A stretch of 10,691 nucleotides of DNA, from the NCBI RefSeq assembly GCF_006345805.1, contig NW_021827340.1, positions 1-10,691 of the forward strand, given 5' to 3'. Under the pieces are notes generated by a model. It had not been told where the DNA came from, searched no databases, and worked only from the letters and a program-made list of their open reading frames with translations. This stretch comes from Octopus sinensis (Eukaryota). Numbering within the stretch: the first letter of the stretch is position 1; the number at the start of each line of letters is the position of its first letter. Made by a program: the position numbers and the translations under genes. This document shows, piece by piece, positions 8,194 through 10,691 of this stretch.

Positions 8194-8420
8194 GGCGGCG
8201 AGCTGGCAGAATCGTTAGCGCGCCGGACGAAATGCTTAGCTGTATTTCGTCTGTCGCTTCGTTCCGATTTCAAATTCTGCCAAGTTCAACTCTACCTGTC
8301 CCCGTTTCGGGGGTCGATAAATCCAATACCAACCATGTACTGTATCGATGTGATCAAATATCACCGTTCCCTCAAATTCCGGGCCCTGCGATTATAGTAG
8401 AAAGGAGTATTATTAAATAA
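8194..8420 (+). mobile_element. SINE family B, monomeric, more diverged copy
   Basis: Same 26-nt head as at 7746, tttcgggggtcgataaa, and tail tagtagaaaggagtattatt. Confidence 0.85.
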
Positions 8421-8511
8421 TAATTTTAAGGCAGTTGCACATCAGTGGATAGATTTTACGCTATTTGCAAAGCGATTTGAATTCGTTTCAATGGATGATT
8501 CAGGTATATAA

Positions 8512-8550
8512 TGCTGATGTGCTAAAATACCAGCGAAATATCGATATCCA
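8512..8550 (+). ncRNA. Minimal type I hammerhead ribozyme-like motif (A9U variant, weak stem I)
   Basis: tg-CTGATGt-GCT-aaaatacc-AGC-GAA-ATA-TCGA-TAT-C-ca: stem II 3 bp, stem III 3 bp with palindromic loop, AUC cleavage triplet. Confidence 0.5.
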
Positions 8551-8801
8551 CCGTTCTCTTTCATGTACGGGGTGATTCGTTTTGTATTTAATGTATTTAA
8601 TATTTTTTAATATATCGATTTATCTAACTTGCTTGTCCTTACACTTAATCCCCCTCCCCCCTCTCTCTCTGTATATATATCGTTTGTGGGAAAACATAAT
8701 TCCGGAGAGGCACACTCTAAGATGTAGAACAGTTGTTATTATAATGAGGGAAACCTTGTGGACGAGAAACCCAGGGTAACCCTATAAACCGGCTTCCCCC
8801 G

Positions 8802-9071
8802 TTATAATGTTTGACGAGAATTTCCGTGCAAAAGTTGGTTTAATCGCTCTTCATCGAACTCAGATGGACGGCCAGAACGAGGTGCGTCTTTGAGGTCAAA
8901 ATTTGCATTTTCTAACTTGGCATACCAATCGCAAGCGGTTCTTTCAACTATGGCACCCTCTCCATACACTGCACAAATGTCGCGAGCAGCTTTTGCGGCC
9001 TTAGAACCTTGATTAAAAGCAAAAAGAAGGAGTAGTCGAAAATGCTCGTTTTTCTTAACTTGACATTCCAT
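8802..9071 (-). pseudogene. Truncated mariner (Mos1/Hsmar-type) transposase, N-terminal HTH DNA-binding region only
   Basis: MECQVKKNEHFRLLLLFAFNQGSKAAKAARDICAVYGEGAI...WYAK...FDLKDAPRSGRP is the typical mariner HTH plus RSGRP linker. It stops before the DD34D domain, and no TIR was found. Confidence 0.9.
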
Positions 9072-9133
9072 TTTAATGATCTGCAAATAAATAGTGTTTC
9101 ATTCAAATAGGTATAGTTCTTACTTGTCCTCTT

Positions 9134-9160
9134 TTGATAAAGGTTTAACCCGAAACGTCA
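9134..9160 (+). ncRNA. Degenerate minimal hammerhead-like motif
   Basis: TTGATAA-a-GGtttaaCCC-GAA-ACGT-C-a; palindromic ACGT stem III, stem I essentially absent. Confidence 0.35.
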
Positions 9161-9333
9161 TTCTTTTTAGCCTTTCTTTTTCTTTTTTTTCAGCGTGCTA
9201 CTAGTCACTGTATTAAAAAAATTTTTGTATGCTTACATTTTGTCCATCGCTTTTCGAATTTCTGTCTACCTGCTGTAACTTGTCACGTTCTCCATATTTT
9301 ACTCCCTTCGTTCCATTTGTGACATTTTACCTA

Positions 9334-9339
<6 letters not shown>

Positions 9340-9385
<46 letters not shown>

Positions 9386-9410
9386 TACACACACACACTC
9401 TCTCTTCTCA
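9340..9410. repeat. (CT)n(CA)n microsatellite
   Basis: Direct reading. Confidence 0.95.
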
Positions 9411-9477
9411 CACTACACACCACGACGTATCTTTGAAGGATCGTTTTACAAGTTAGAAACGTACTATATTCATTTCC

Positions 9478-9564
9478 CTTCTTCTTCTTCTTCTTCTTCT
9501 TCTTCTTCTTCTCTTCTTCTTCTTTTTCTTCTTCTTCTTCATGAACTGTAGGTTTTTCTTTCCT

Positions 9565-9602
<38 letters not shown>

Positions 9603-9636
9603 TATTGTTATTATTATTATTATCATTATTATTATT

Positions 9637-9680
<44 letters not shown>

Positions 9681-9708
9681 TATTATTATTATTATTATTA
9701 TATTATTA
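9478..9708. repeat. (CTT)n followed by alternating (ATC)n/(ATT)n trinucleotide blocks
   Basis: Direct reading; source of the poly-I/M/K/R ORFs. Confidence 0.95.
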
Positions 9709-9952
9709 ATTTTCAAATCGTTAACCAATTAGCGAATTAAGTGACCAACAGCTTGATTAATCGTTCGAACGATCAGTCAGTCAGCTGTTTTGTCAGAAGC
9801 CTTTACTCGACAATTCTTGACCACATCATTGACATGTCCTTACAAAAAATGGCAAAACGCCATCCAGCCACCCAGCTACCCGCCAATAAAACATCTGTCA
9901 GAACACTTGTTATCGCATCAAGAATCTTGCAAAATAAAAATGAAATTACATA

Positions 9953-10350
9953 GGCGTAGGAGTGGCTGTGTGGTAAGTAGCTTGCTTACGAACTACATGG
10001 TTTGGGGTTCAGTCCCACTGCGTGGCACCTTGGACGAGTGTCTTCTACTATAGCCTCGTGAGTGGATTTGGTAGACGGAAACTGAAAGAAGCCCGTCGTA
10101 TATATGTATATATATATGTATATTTATATGGGTTTATATGTTTGTGTGTCTGTTATTGTTGCCCCGACATCGCATGACAACCGATGGTGGCGTGTTTACG
10201 TCCCCATAACTTAGCGCTTCAGCAAAAGAGACCGATTGAATAAGTACTAGGCTTATAAATAATAAGTCTTGGGGTCGATGTGCTCGACTAAAGGCGGTGC
10301 TCCAGCATGGCCACAGTCAAATGACTGAAACAAGTAAAAAGGTAAAGAGT
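9953..10350 (+). mobile_element. tRNA-derived SINE family A, near full length (CORE-SINE-like; resembles octopus OR2 from memory)
   Basis: A box TGGCTGTGTGG (9963-9973), B box GGTTCAGTCCC (10006-10016), CORE-like ggcaccttggacgagtgtctt (cf. MIR gaccttgggcaagtcactt), internal (TA/TG)n and A-rich (agtaaa)-type tail. Four partial homologues lie elsewhere in the window. No TSD seen. Confidence 0.9.
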
Positions 10351-10691
10351 AAAAGAAGAGTCAGTGTAAGCACACACACACATAATGAAAAGACTAGTAA
10401 TTAGATAAATCCAGGCGATTAATTAAATTGTCCCAATAGTATTATGACAACTCGGATGCGTCGTTATTTGTTCCTTGTAACAGATACAATTTGTGAATCC
10501 ATGGTAGAACATTGATTATTTTCGATTTATTACAAGATACATTAGAAAAAATGAAAAAAAAAAATCGTTCAAAAATTCCCATAGAAATGAAGATACATAA
10601 TCAACGATTAATTCAGCTTGCATGTTTCAAATAGTCAGATACATTGCATGCACTACGCATTGTAGTTTGTATATTTTATCGGTTCTTCATT

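Noticed and set aside
8802-9086. SETMAR-like host gene
   Set aside because: Only the mariner HTH is present; no SET or catalytic domain and no evidence of splicing.
9953-10025. tRNA gene (also 1240-1309)
   Set aside because: A and B boxes are present, but there is no convincing cloverleaf and each continues into a SINE body.
9453-10053. Poly-I/M/K/R ORFs and short ORFs at 9741-10053
   Set aside because: Trinucleotide repeats, or short ORFs with no recognisable motif, one running into a SINE.

Overview
Non-coding, repeat-saturated animal genomic DNA with no intact host gene, RNA gene or CRISPR array. The SINE families resemble those I recall from octopus/cephalopod genomes (recollection, not a database result). 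Nearly all ORFs in the track are microsatellite artefacts. Contents: three tRNA-derived SINE families (several copies, some nested or in tandem); a 451-bp MITE with 29-bp TIRs, an exact 8-bp TSD and an internal TTAGGG-like tract; a truncated mariner transposase (HTH only); a frameshifted CR1/L2-type LINE 3' end; a nested purine-rich minisatellite; and many microsatellites. The most interesting signal is a set of elements, mostly next to (TA)n tracts, with hammerhead-ribozyme-like motifs of the Penelope-like retroelement (PLE) type. Three carry degenerate complete cores (3953-4030 minus, 8512-8550, 9134-9160). Two are foldback elements (1363-1999, 3039-3238) whose arms carry only the outward-facing GAAAC-palindrome-GTH half of the core.
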